From the NCBI RefSeq assembly GCF_030684315.1, contig NC_081372.1, forward strand, positions 28,535,481 through 28,599,480: a stretch of DNA of 64,000 nucleotides, given 5' to 3'. Below, in pieces: positions 1-13,396 of the stretch. Position 1 is the first letter of the stretch; the number at the start of each line of letters is the position of its first letter. Position numbers and translations under genes: made by a program. Source of the stretch: Stegostoma tigrinum. Its lineage: Eukaryota. The notes under the pieces were generated by a model. That model made no database searches. It was not told where the DNA came from and saw only the letters and a program-made list of their open reading frames with translations.

Positions 1-1086
1 TTAAAAACAAGTGACCGCAGCACATTATGAGTTGGATACAAAACATTGCCTTATTACAGCAGTAAGAAGGAGAATTCCAGTTAAATTTGCACCACTTATG
101 TGTTCAGGTCAATTCTACCCAGAGATTGGCTTTTCAATTGGCTCTAGCTGTTCTGGGATCAGGAGTGCTGACCGTAGTACCAACCTCTCAATTGGTTCCT
201 GGGTAGGTGGCTACAGCCTTGAATGTGTGTAGAATAGCCTATAAGGAGAAAACATCTATCTCTTTTTATCTCCCTACTGTGTTGAGGAGTAAAAGAAAAT
301 CCCCAGCAGCTAGATATTCTCCACCACTTTTCCTCCCTGAGCCACGGTCCTCCTAAAACCCCTATTGGAAGGAAAATGAGAAAGGAAAAACAACCTACAG
401 AGACACGGAAAGGATGAATTTTCAACAATGAATGAAAGACTGAGAATCAATGTACCAACATCCAAGAATCAGAATGAATCAAAAGGAACTGAGAATGAAA
501 ACTTATTAACTTATCAAAGTCCGTGATTTGGACATCATCTGCACTATTTTCTCTCATTTTCTGTCACCCACCCCAAATCACAACACCAGTTACATGAGTC
601 CTCTACACTGTCTACTCAACCAAATCAAGAGAGACAGACTTTAGTTGGATGATTTTAGCACATTAAGTCAAGGATAGCCTCCGTTACCAGCCCAGGGACT
701 AGGACATGGTCAGTCAGCTGCTCAGAGCATTCACACTCAGGATTCTTCCCACACAAGAAGTAAGGAGCCCAATGGTGGACAGCCCACAGCCCATCTTGAC
801 TCTTTCTGCCCTATTGTGGGATGTTTTCCTCCTGGAATAACAGAGAAGTTATTAAAGGAGGTGAAATGTCATGTCATTGTTACTTTTGGTGCAGATACAG
901 TGGTGTCCTGAGTGAGTGAGTAGGTAGCACAGAGAGCATGCAGGGCTAGTGGTATCAGGTTTGGGGTAAGTGACAGTGAGCCAGGAAAGGTGTTGCAGGT
1001 ATAATGAAAATGGTGGAGCATGACCCTTGCCAGGAGATGGGTGCAGTAGGCAAGAAAGTAAGGTATTGGAGAGAAGGTAGTGGCAC

Positions 1087-1310
1087 TTACACTGGCAGAA
1101 TGGAGGTCATTAACCTTCTTCCCACAGTGCTGTGCATTTTCCAGTTGGCTTCACTGGCCTGTGTGGCAAACTCAGCCAAAGCTGGCATAGTCTAATCTCA
1201 TAGCCTCCTGTACTGGTCCTATCCGTGCAACACCACTAGCTTCCTGCCCACAAAGTACTGTGGCAAATTTCCCTGTCATTCATGTGAGGGCCAAATGTCA
1301 GGAATCTTGC
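1087..1310 (-). mobile_element. PIF/Harbinger-type Myb/SANT-like gene relic
   Basis: Minus strand gives PALAEFATQAS... and QHCGKKVNDL followed by a gtaagt donor, resembling the W.EVA..V...QCRKK.NDL motif. Confidence 0.45.
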
Positions 1311-1565
1311 AGTATAGCTCCAGAATAACAGAGCTTGTTTGGGTACACTTTTAAAGATACTCCCCTGCAGTTCTGGCGGTAAAAAGTACAACCTTAAAAA
1401 GGAGCTTCTGAAAGTTGAAAAATGCTCTGCAATTACATCTTCGTCAACTGGTATGTAATGCCTTTAAATAAAAATAGGACACCATTTTATCCTGGCAGTT
1501 TCAAGCAATGTAATAACCAATTAGAACTTTGATGCATTTTCTTGTTTAGTTGAAAACCTAAAATT

Positions 1566-1689
1566 TCTGAAGAAAGGTCCTGACTCGAAATGTCAACTTT
1601 CCTGCTCCTCTACTGCCTGGCCTGTTGTGTTCCTCCAGCTCCATACTGTGTTATCTTTGACTCCAGCACTGGCAGTTCTTACTATCTCT
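1566..1689 (+). repeat. Family A Penelope terminal-repeat copy, degenerate
   Basis: CTGAAGAaaggtcctgactcGAAAtgtc followed by the family A body. Further fragments at ~3462-3547 and ~48635-48712. Confidence 0.7.
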
Positions 1690-3049
1690 AAAATTTAAAG
1701 AGTTACATTTCTTATAAACTGGAGAAGTTTTCTCTTTCAGTATCAGTTTAGTAATTTTCAATTCAGGGTTTGATTAGATTCCAAGAAAACTTTTTCCCAA
1801 TTGCTACTGTTTGCTTTCTGAGGAATATATATATTGAGAATGTTGTATGAATGGTTATGGACGGTACATTGGAGCATAGAGTTGCCATGGATGATCTGAG
1901 AATGCATTGAGTGACATAGTACAGGGTGTAGAGTAAGGTTTAGGAAGTCTTTAGCAATGTTGGAGGCTGGGCTGCCTTGTAAAAAGCCTGCCAGTACACA
2001 CAGACTGCCCATTGTATTCCATTGTCATCAGCCAAATGCACTGAGCCCCAACATGTGCAAAAATAAAATTTCTAGACAAAGTCACACAAGAAATAGGTGC
2101 ACATTTTGAAAGATGCATAAATGGTCAGATTATTTTTTATCATTTTCAGATGAGATAATAAAACAAAATTTTGCTGTCCATTCTCAGGTGTTAATGTCCC
2201 ACAATGTTATTGAAAGTATTTTCAGTTTTGAGTTGTCCTCATCAATGTTCCACATTCACTACTTTATTAGATGAAAAAGGCATTAATTTCCTTGCTGTCT
2301 GTGGAATATAACAACTATAACAGCTGACATTTTTGACTGCATAGCAGCATTTCAAGGTAATTTATTGTATATGAAAGGGCATCAGGATATTTCTAAGAGA
2401 TTTAACCAAGTGGTACATAAGCCTTTCTAAATTATTATCAAATTCCCTGGAGGGATAATCTTAGTGCAGGTATTCAATTTGTTTTGACTTCAGCTACATA
2501 TTGACTGGAAACATTCAGCAAATGGTCAATATCAGAGGCAGATAATCTGCTTTCTCCACCTTTGCTAAACACAAACCAGTCATTGTGTGCACATTTCATT
2601 TTTCTGTTTGAATATGTTTTCTTTAGATTTACTTGATGTAATTTTGGCTGTGAGATAACATAATGTGAGCAGTATTGAATTGGCCACTCATTATAAATCT
2701 CTGTCAATTTTCATTTCCATCACCTTCAATGGAAATAATGAACAGAAAAGACGTGTAACCAGGCAGCTGATCTAATATTGCCTGTCTTACACTATCTCTC
2801 AAAGACAAACTCAAACCCCCATAGACTCTAAACTCTATCTGCCAGTTTCAGTCCATCTGACACAGATTCTTTAGAATGCTGTTTGTCACCTCATTCTCCA
2901 TTAACATGAATTTCATATTTATAGAATAGACTTTGCTGAGTTTCCTTAGTAGTATTCCATCATTGCAAGATGTACAACAATTTTACCCCCACTGAGGAAA
3001 ATGACTGTTAGTATGAAATGTTATTTCTGTCCATTGCACCAGCAGGGGA

Positions 3050-5954
3050 AATGTTTGTGAGTGCAAGTAGGAAAATAGTAACTTTTAAGCTTGTGGAAGA
3101 CCTCAGCTAAACTGAGAAGCAACACTGGAGAATCCCTTCAGAATAAGGGGTATGAGAAGCAACTGGTTCAATTGCCATTGATTGTCTTAAAAGGCTGGGC
3201 CTAAGCTTGAAAGCCTAAGCTTGATGCAGAGAAATTGGTTGAGAAATGTTCAACTTGATTGGTTCAATATTTTTCGATTAGAAAATGGCTGCCTGAGTGA
3301 AGTCCTAATTAAATACTCGGAGATTTTTCAGGAAGGTCTAGGGACTATTGAAGGAGCCAAGCCCACCTTACCTGTTGACCAGGAAGAAATTCCATGATTC
3401 TGCAAGGCCTGCTCAGTGCCATTTGTCTTATGGGGCAAAAGTAGAGGCAGAAATTAACAGACTGGGATGCTGCTTGGCCTGCTGTGTTCATCCAGCTCTA
3501 CAACTTGTTATCTCACATTCTCAGTATCTACAGTTCCTACTATCTCTAAATCATCAGAACAGTCCAATTTGCAGAACGGGTAGCACCGGGGTGTACTGAT
3601 TGTGAAACCCAATGGGTTGGCTCACCATTGTGGGGATTTGAAACAAACAACAAACTGCTTTTTGTAACTGGATAAATACCCAGTCCCTTGTATAGAAGAC
3701 ATACACAAAGCTGGCAGTGAGGCTGTCCTTCAAAAAGTTGGACATAAGTCATGCATACCTGCAATTGTAGTTAGATAAGGATTCCAAAAAGTACGCTTCA
3801 GTTAATACGCATAACGGTTTGTACCAATATATGAGACTGCCATTTGGAGTATCATCTGCCTGTGCTATTTTTCAGCAGATAATGGAGAAAATTGTACAGT
3901 ATCTACCCCAGGATACCATTTATCTGGATGATCTGCTATTAAATGTCAAGACCAATGAAGCGCATTTAGAGAACTTGGAAATGCGCTTAAATGTATCTCC
4001 AAGGCAGGTGTATGCTTTCGAAGGGGAAAATGTGTGATCCGGACACCACAAATGAGGCCAAGTTGCAACTACGGATGCCTTGAGTTGCCTCCCACTGGCA
4101 GATACATTACTAGAGTCTGTTCTGTCTTTAAACTTTCTGGGCACCCTTCTGGTAAATGCTGGCAATATCAGATAAAAACTGCAAGAACTGCAGATGCTAT
4201 AAATTAGAAACAAATGTAGACTTTGCTGGAAAAGCTCAGAACTGTTCTGAGGAAGGGTCACTAGACCCAAAACATTCACTCTGATTTCTTGTCACAGATG
4301 CTGCCAGACCTGCTGAGCTTTTTCAACAATTTCTACATTTGTTGCTGACAATATCAGATTGAGGACACAAAAAGATCTGGCCCTGGCATAACTAAAACAG
4401 TTGGTGACGATGGAAGAAATGAAAGGGCCATCACAACCAGAAGTGAAGCCTTTCTGGACCCGGCCAGAAATTGCCATACAGATCGGCATTTTATTATGGT
4501 TAGCAAAGTCAAGCAAAGATTACTGGCTGAACTCCACCAGGGTCATTCAGGATGCCCAAAATGAAGATGTTAGCGAGAATTTATGTCTGACAACTAGGAT
4601 AGGATGCAGACATAACTGCATTGTTGGGGCAGCACCCAGAGTGCCAACCAAGACAGAAATTACCACCAGCAGCTCCCCCAAATTCAGGGTATGGCTGGGT
4701 AAACCCTGGGCTCAGTTACACATCGATTATGCCAGCCCTTCATAGGTTGAACATTCTTAGTCATTATGGATGCTCACTCAAAATGGTTGGATGTGCATAG
4801 AGTTAATTTGTCAAACACAGAGATGACAATACAAAAGCTGTGAGAATCTTTTGCAATATGTAGGCTCCTGGAAGTATTTATCACAGACAGCAGGCCATCA
4901 TTTACCAGCAGGGAATTTGAGTATTTCCTAAAGTCAAATGGCATTCAGCACAGAAAGACAGCTCCATACCATCCATCATCCAATGGTCTGGTGGAAAGAG
5001 CAGTCCAAACTTTGAAGGCAGCTTAAAAGAACAGTCTACAGCCTCACTCAATACCAAACTGTTACGATTCCTATTTTATTATCAGACCTCCCCTCATCTA
5101 ACTACAAGGATAGATCCAGCACAGTTGCTAATGGGGAGAAGACTTTACACTAGGTTAAACCTGATCTTCTTGGGACCTGGTAGGTAGAGTGAAATGGCTT
5201 CAGAAATGCCAATGCCAGATACAAGACTCATCTAATTGAGGTGACAGTTCACTTCAGGAGGCAAAGTTTGGTGCCAAAATCATGGAAATGATTCTGCATG
5301 GGTAAGAGGCAATGTTAACATGATGTCAGGTCCCATGACTTACAAAGTTTGGACAGGTGAGGCAATTCTGAATAAGTGTTTGGGCCAAACAAAAGCTGCA
5401 AACCTGCAAAATGGGGCAGGGACAAAACATACCCGGCCTCTCAGAACAGCTGGAAAGGCTATCAGAACCTATGGGTTGTCCCCCTCTGTCTAGTGTCGAG
5501 GAAACATCAGAGTCTGAGAGGAACACAACAGATGTTACAGCCTCGACAACTTTCCTACCTGAAGAAGAGGATGAATACTTTCTGAGATGCTCCAGGCTCA
5601 AGAGGTGGGCTACAGTCTGGTACATGCTGCTTGGATTCAGGCTGAGTTGGAAGAACAGGATCTGGTGAAAAAATGCCTGAGAAGAGGCCACAATAAAAAG
5701 AATAGGCCTATGTTCCCAGACTTAAAGGGTAATGCGGTCAGCCATATGGACCTCATAGAATATGAGATCCCTGATTGTTCCAGGTTAACAGCCTCAATCA
5801 GAGAGCCCTGGCTGACAGATATATACAAGAGTGTCAGAGGTTCTGTTCACTCCGAGAGTTGGCTCTGAGGAAGCTGGACCACTATCAACTAATATGCACA
5901 TGTAAATAAAGGGTGAATTTGTGATGGGATACCAGCCTCTGTGGAGTTATTTGA
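3050..5954 (+). mobile_element. Degenerate Ty3/Gypsy LTR retrotransposon (RT, integrase, probable 3' LTR ~5729-5954)
   Basis: RT: YQYMRLPFGVSSACAIFQ...YLDDLL. Integrase: PWAQLHIDYA and TAPYHPSSNGLVERAVQTLK (~4960-5020). Putative LTR with TATA-like (~5820) and AATAAA (5905). Many stops and frameshifts; no 5' LTR seen. Confidence 0.88.
4174..4342. mobile_element. Family B Penelope-type hairpin nested in Gypsy pol
   Basis: Similar to 35045-35246; TSD tgctg(g/a)caatatcagat at 4157-4173 and 4343-4359. Confidence 0.8.
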
Positions 5955-6050
5955 TAGTTATCTCCTTCTTTGACCTCTAGTTTTGGGAAAACAAAAACCA
6001 AAGACCAAATCCTGAGCGGGTTATCCAACAGCCATCAGCATAGAAGCTTC

Positions 6051-7056
6051 CATAGAACATAGAACATAGAACATAGAACAGTACAGCACAGAACAGGCCC
6101 TTCAGCCCACAATGTTGTGCCGACCATTGATCCTCATGGATGCACCCTCAAATTTCTGTGACCATATGCATGTCCAGCAGTCTCTTAAATGACCCCAATG
6201 ACCTTGCTTCCACAACTGCTGCTGGCAACGCATTCCATGCTCTCACAACTCTCTGCGTAAAGAACCTGCCTCTGACATCCCCTCTATACTTTCCACCAAC
6301 CAGCTTAAAACTATGACCCCTCGTGCTAGCCATTTCTGCCCTGGGAAATAGTCTCTGGCTATCGACTCTATCTATGCCTCTCATTATCTTGTATACCTCA
6401 ATTAGGTCCCCTCTCCTCCTCCTTTTCTCCAATGAAAAGAGACCGAGCTCAGTCAACCTCTCTTCATAAGATAAGCCCTCCAGTCCAGGCAGCATCCTGG
6501 TAAACCTCCTCTGAACCCTCTCCAAAGCATCCACATCTTTCCTATAATAGGGCGCCCAGAACTGGACGCAGTATTCCAAGTGCGGTCTAACCAAAGTTTT
6601 ATAGAGCTGCAACAAGATCTCACGACTCTTAAACTCAATCCCCCTGTTAATGAAAGCCAAAACACCATATGCTTTCTTAACAACCCTGTCCACTTGGGTG
6701 GCCATTTTAAGGGATCTATGTATCTGCACACCAAGATCCCTCTGTTCCTCCACGCTGCCAAGAATCCTATCCTTAATCCTGTACTCAGCTTTCAAATTCG
6801 ACCTTCCAAAATGCATCACCTCGCATTTATCCAGGTTGAACTCCATCTGCCACCTCTCAGCCCATCTCTGCATCCTGTCAATGTCCCGCTGCAGCCTACA
6901 ACAGCCCTCTACACTGTCAACGACACCTCCGACCTTTGTGTCGTCTGCAAACTTGCTGACCCATCCTTCAATTCCCTCGTCCAAGTCATTAATAAAAATT
7001 ACAAACAGTAGAGGCCCAAGGACAGAGCCCTGTGGAACCCCACTCACCACTGACTT
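6051..7056 (-). mobile_element. Young 5'-truncated CR1 LINE (RT C-terminus, ORF 6148..7080)
   Basis: SGVPQGSVLGPLLF, KFADD, LVRPHLEYCVQFW; (TTCTATG)n tail at 6051-6080; TSD cttccatag at 6047-6055 and 7074-7082. Confidence 0.96.
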
Positions 7057-8364
7057 TCTAATCAACCCATTGACTTCCATAGTTTAGACTAAAGGCCAGC
7101 TTTTCAGCATTTAAGAAGAATAAATCTCCTTTCCTAATCACTAAAGCTTTGTTTTCTTTTCAAAAATAATCTGACTTCCTGTGATCAGCACGTGGATCAG
7201 AGCCCACATTAAACTATTGACCTCATTTTCCCCTGAACCACATTAGTTTCCTTCATGTCTTAGTTATAAAGTGGACTTTTTAATGCAGAAAGTGTCCTTA
7301 CATTTCAATACCACCAGTTATTCACATAGTCCATACGCACATTTTCCAACACGTCTCCACAGTTGGAAAATGAAATCTTATTTCAAAATGCATTTGATTA
7401 TGTTGTAGACATGAAAATATGTACAGTGTAAAACACAAAATACTAGGTTTACATTCTTGATCCTTACTCACTTATTATAGCATATTTTTCTAATCAACCC
7501 ATTGAGAGATATTACTACACACCTTTGAAGCAAGGGATTTGAATGTGCACCATCCTACTCAGAGATAGGGAAACTATCACTACACCAAAAGAACCCTTCA
7601 TTTATTCACTCATCATACAAAGCTATGCATTTTTTTATCACATTCTTAATCTCCAAATGTTCCTAATATTATTTTATTCTTGATCATACATCAACAATGA
7701 TCTAATGTTTTCTAGCAATATGAGCCATCTTTGTAAGCTGAATTAGCAAACTCACATAAAACTAAAGTGTTGATTTGCAAACATTTCCACAAAAAGACAA
7801 GATATTATAACATATCATTGTGGTTGTGATAACTATAAACTTAGAAATTCCTAAAGCCAGTAACAATCCCTGCATTTCCTTTTCTAATGTAGAATATTTC
7901 TTTTGATGCTAATTTTATTTCTTAGAGAAGGTAGTAGGGTATTTTACTAAGTTTATTTATCTTCTTGTAATGAGGCTGCACGTATCCCCGAGTAACCAGC
8001 ATCGCTACCACTTTAAAAGGTTTATTGAAATGAGGGGAGCATCAGCATCGGTTTATTTGCTATAATTGTCTTCAGTTTCTCAATAGATGCTTGGCATTCT
8101 TTTGACCGTAGTATTTTTGCCTGCTAATATAAGTCTCAGAGGGAAGCAGCTACTTTGCTGAAATTTGGCACAAATGTTCAATAGAAGCCATAACATCTTG
8201 AAAAATCTCATGATTTTCTATTAAGGCATGGAGAAATCTATGAAGTTTTTATGGTCACTGTTCCCTGGCAACACTTATCCTTATCATACAATGTGTCCCA
8301 CGCAAGTTACATGTGTTTTTATGACAAACTCTTGGCAAGATTTAACACTGTATCAGCTAACTGT

Positions 8365-9478
8365 GACCATATGAAGGTTTATAAAATCAGGAGGGGCATG
8401 GATAGGGTGAATAGTAAAGCTAGAGGGTGAAAAGCCAAAGGGCATAACTCTAAGATGAGAAGAGAAAGATTTAGAAGGGACCTGAGGGGCACCTTTTTAG
8501 ACAACAAGTGTATGTAGAAATAACTACCAGAGGAAGTGGTAGATACAGGTGCAGTTACAATATTTTTAAGACATTTGGACAAGTACATGATTGGGAAGGT
8601 TTGAAGAGATATGGGTCAAATACAGACATACAGGACTAGTTTAGCTGGGGAAACTTGGCTGGCATGGATGAGTTGGCCCAATGGATCTTTACACATGCCA
8701 TATGACTCTATGATTCGTGTTCCTAATTTTGTGACTTAGTTGAATAATATATGAATATACAACAACACTTGGGCGATTATGTAATACAGCTGGAACTAGC
8801 ATCCAAGTTGAGCAGGTAATAGGGAAGGCAATGAACTATTGGCCTTTATTTCAAAGGAATTGCAAGAGAAAAATAGAGAGGACTTGCTAAAAACACTCAT
8901 CAGACCACAACAGGAATAACCAGTCTTGGTCCCCTTATAGTTAAAGTTATACTTGCATTGGAGGCACTTAACAGAAAGTTCACTTGGGTTGATCCCGTGC
9001 ATGGAGGAACTTTTTCATTAGCAGAGACTGAGTAGGTTAGACTTGTACTTATTGGGGTTTAGAAGAATGAAAGGAGGCATTCATTACTAAAACACGTAAG
9101 ATTCTTAGAGGAGTTAATAGGATAAATGCAGAAATGTTCTTTTCACTTTGTGTCAGTCTAAGACCAAAGGGCAAAGATCATCCAATTAAAATGGAGATAA
9201 GGAAGACATTTTTTTCTCGCAGAGGGTGGAATCTGTGGAATTCTTTACCATAGAAGGCCATTGACGTTGTTTTGTGAAGTCTGTTCAAGGCTGAGACAGA
9301 CAGATTTTAAGGGACAGACAGATTTTAAGGAACAGACAGCAAGGAAATCAAGGGTTATGTGGAAAATGCAGGAAAGTAGTGTGAGGATTGTTTGATCAGC
9401 TGTGATCTCATTGAATGGCAGAGTGGACTCAGTGGGCCAAATTATCTTTTTCTGCTCCAAGTCTTGTGATCTTATGAA
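8365..9478 (+). mobile_element. Two degenerate CR1 3' fragments (~8365-8716 and ~8790-9478)
   Basis: gaaggtttataaaatcaggaggggcatggataggg...; tails tatgactctatga and tcttgtgatcttatg. Confidence 0.75.
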
Positions 9479-10419
9479 CTTCTGGTCAATGCTTATATTA
9501 CTTTATCCTTTTTGCTTTTGAAAATCTTCATGATCACAGCTAACGTTATCCAGACTCTACTGTGCAGAGGTGGCATGATTCTTTCACTGCATCTTCTTTG
9601 AGAAGTGTAACCACTTCAGACATTGTTCAAGGCTATCATAGAGATAGGAGCAGTGCTCTCTGTGGTCTCTGGGTCAGTATGGCCTCCTACAAAGAGCCCG
9701 TTGCCTCCATTCATTGAATGCAGCTCCTGCCTCTGTTGCCATGTCTCTATCTCCAACTTGTGGTGCAACTTGAGAAATTGCAACTAAACTCCCATTCCTG
9801 AAAGACTTTCCACTGACAGGCCTTCAGATTCCTCTGCCCTCCTTAAGTATCTTATAAATCCAAAGACTTTTCTGAACTCTGCCAATAATACTCAGCACCT
9901 TACACTCATACTGTGCCAGTAAACTAAAAACAATAGCAGATGACCTGAAAGTCCCATGGTGACCCTTTTAATTAAAGCTAACATTGTTGAGATAATGGGT
10001 ATGTGGCTGCCAGAAACATATGTTCAGCTAGGAATGTGTAAGAATGGTTAAAGACAAGACCAACAATCAGGAGCCCCAAGCTATTGTTCTGAGACAGGAG
10101 TTTAAATCCCACCAAGGCAGGTGGTGAAGTTTGAAGTCTGGAATAAATAATTAATCTAATGGCACTCAGTGTCAATTTTTGTAAAATTTCAACAGGTTCA
10201 CCTTTGTATTTTTGCAAGGGATATCTATTGTCCTCACTTGGTTTGGTGTACATGTGAATCCTGACCCATAGAAATGTGATTGACTCTTAATCACTCTCTG
10301 GCAATAAATGCTAGCCTAGCAATATCTCACGTATAAATAAGGATATCAGTTTGTGCCTGGAAACCGGTGTTAAATGATGGTTAAAGTGACAATTTTTCCA
10401 TTCTGTGTGGTTTCCTGCT

Positions 10420-11005
10420 GATATTCAGTGGCACTACCATCACTAAATCCTCACTACCAACATCCTAGGAAAGGGGATACTATAGACTAGAATCTGGTCA
10501 GACACCTGGCACAAGTCAGGAGAATATTCCTCGCTTGCTCGGATGAGTGGAGGTCCAACAACACACAGGAAGCTTGACGCCATCCAAGACAAAGCAGCCT
10601 ACCTGGTTGGCACACCACCCACAAACATTCACTCCCTGTATTACTAATGAGCAGTGTGTAATATCAAAGGTGCTCAGCAGAAATTCACCAGAGGTCCTCT
10701 TAAGCACCTTTCAAACCAACACCCACTTCCATCTAGAAAGACAAAGACATCATCTACATAGGAATGCTCCCATATGCAAGTGTTCCTCAAATCACTCATT
10801 GTCCTTACTTGGAAATATATGACTGTTCCTTTGGTGTTGCTGTGTCAAAATCCTAGAACTCCCACCCTGATGGCCTTTTGCGTGTATGGGCATACAGGCT
10901 GCAATGGTTCAAAAAAGCAGCTCAACATCAACTTTTCAAGAAGATTTAAGGATGAGAAATAAATGCTATGCCAGCTGTCAAAGCCCATATCCAGTGAATG
11001 AATAA
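10420..11005 (+). mobile_element. Degenerate CR1/L2-clade LINE 3' end
   Basis: Remnant PLA-MS---TT-RKLDAIQDKAA-LVG-type coding; ends ataaatgct...tgaatgaat. Related minus-strand relics at ~39810-40125, ~43405-43820 and ~54050-54720. Confidence 0.6.
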
Positions 11006-12480
11006 ACAAAACGATTCCGGTACATGTGTTACATGCCTGTGCTAAGCCCCTTTCAATAAGGATGATATAGAGGCAGTACCAGAAGTTCTGGAAGCTGTCT
11101 TCTGTTACATTGGCACCGTCTATATTATGGAATTGTCTGATCTTTTCTTTATCATGAGTTCATAGTCAGTCTTTAGCTCCCTTTTTTAACTTCTCGCTTA
11201 ATGTCGTCTTTTATTAATTATAGTGCAACTGTAAACAAAAGTGCTATACAATGTTAAATTTGTCAACTTTGTAAAATATCATTTGCTGCAATGGGGAATA
11301 TGATTTAAATAAACATTTCACCTTTTTAAAATTCCTCAAGGTCAGCTAGTGATTTAGCCTTTGGAATTAGGGTGTATTTCACGCCCCATTTCTTAGTAGA
11401 AGAAATTAAATAAAATGATTTGCATGTAACTCATCATGGAAAAGCTTTAAATCACTTCACAAATCAATTAGTTTTGCAATGCAGTGAACACTATGGAATC
11501 AAACTTAAATTATAACATGTTTATGTTGGACAGACATTAGTAGTGATGAAGGCAATTATCAATTTTTTTTAAAACTAAGAGTCCTCTTGCATCAAATTCC
11601 ATTGGAGTTTTGAGTGTCCTCTTAGAAGAAACATGGAAAATTTAGTTTATAAACTCAGTAAGGAACTATGAATATAATATGCTAGCTTTTATTCCAAGGT
11701 ATTTGGAATTGAATAGAATAACAGAGCCTTTCTACAATTGTACAGTTTTTCGTAAGACTGCAAATAAACTACATTGCAGAGTGTTAGTTCCTTAAAGAAG
11801 GATATACTTACATTTAAGCCAGTGTGATGTGTATTCACGAGATTGATCTTTGAGTTGAGATGGTTCTCCTATTATGAGGTGTAAAGTAGAATCTTCCGGT
11901 ACTCATGGGTGCTTAGAAGAATGATAGGTGATGGTCATTGGAACATGTATGATTTTTATGGACTCGACATTGTGAGATTGTTTGCATTTCACTTGTAAAG
12001 TGTTTAAGATAGTTGGACCTAAAATTTCATAGAACCATAGATTGCTACAACAGAGGTTGAGGCCATTTGAACCATCCTGCCTGTATTGGCTCGTTAGTTC
12101 CACTTGTGTCGTCTTCCCCGTAGCCCTGGAAATGCAGTTCTTGGAACTTGCAGGATTTTCATGAAAATAATTTTGGTTATATTTGCCTTTTACATGCAAG
12201 GAGAAGAGTTATTGTAATTTTATATTAATGATTGCATTATAATTTTGCCTTAAATTACACATCATCAAATTCACTATAAGGTTTTGTTTTATACTTTTCT
12301 CAATTTAAATTGGAATTTCCCAAAAATCAACCAACCAGTTTCCAAACTGAAATTCCACACTAAAACCAAATGGATTATGAAAGAATCAGTATAAACCCTC
12401 ACTAATTTGAGCACTCGATAATCCTTTAACATGATGTCCTTCAGTATTTTTTAAAAAGTCAAAACTAAAGAACTGATTGA

Positions 12481-12696
12481 GAGATAGTAGGAACTGCCAA
12501 TTCTGGAGAATCTGAGATAACAAGATGTAGAGCTGGATGAGCACAGCGGGACAGGCAGCGTCTGGGGAGCGGGAAGGCTGATGTTTCGGGTCTGTGCCCT
12601 TCTTCAGAAGGGAGCCCCAGACCCGAAGCATCGGGTTTCCTGCTCCTCGGGTGCTGCTTGGCCTGTTGTGTTCATCCGTCTCTACACCTTGTTATC
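12481..12696. mobile_element. Palindromic Penelope-repeat derivative (family A hairpin), A-to-G hypermutated
   Basis: Inverted arms centred near 12605; 15-bp TSD aaactaaagaactga at 12462-12476 and 12699-12713. Confidence 0.85.
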
Positions 12697-13067
12697 ACAA
12701 ACTAAAGAACTGAGTTCTGTCCTGGGAAAACTGGCCATGAACAGTGAGCTGTGGAGGGCTTCCAAGTTCTGATTGCCTGCCTCTTTTCTGTGGTTGTATC
12801 TTTGTCTGGTATCCTTGGAAAGGGAGCACACAGTAACCTCAGAGCTGTAAGGCCATTATCTCGTCCCCACCTCCCATCACGCACAAACACCACTTCGATT
12901 TATTCCCTTGCTTTTTGATTTTTGTTACCCCGGAGGGCTATGTTTTTAGTTTGTTCACTGTGTGATTGGTTAATTTGGTGGTGGATTTCTTTGTCAAATA
13001 AAAAAGAACTGGTTTCTTCCTAGTGGGATCTGCAAAGGGGAAGGCCCAGAGGGAAAGTCAGAAACTG

Positions 13068-13396
13068 ATAATGAGAGGCATAGATAGAGTTGATAGCCAG
13101 AGACTATTTCCCAGGGCATAAAAGGCTAACACGAGGGGTCATAGTTTTAAGCTGGTTGGAGGAAAGTATAGAGGGGATGTCAGAGGCGGGTTCTTTACAC
13201 AGAGAGTTGTGAGAGCATGGAATGCGTTGCCAGCAGCAGTTGTGGAAGCAAGGTCATTGGGGACATTTAAGAGACTGCTGGACATGCATATGGTCACAGA
13301 AATTTGAGGGTGCATACATGAGGATCAATGGTCGGCACAACATCGTGGGCTGAAGGGCCTGTTCTGTGCTGTACTGTTCTATGTTCTATGTTCTAT
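13068..13396 (+). mobile_element. CR1 3' fragment, same young subfamily
   Basis: Matches the reverse complement of 6051-6390; (TTCTATG)n tail. Confidence 0.9.

Noticed and set aside
1-600. Possible LTR (ATTGG boxes, TATAA at ~240)
   Set aside because: No second copy, termini or internal domain visible; unsupported.
6453-7087. Overlapping ORFs on both strands of the CR1 copies (also 63243-63955)
   Set aside because: Shadow frames of the CR1 RT, repeated only because the element is repeated.
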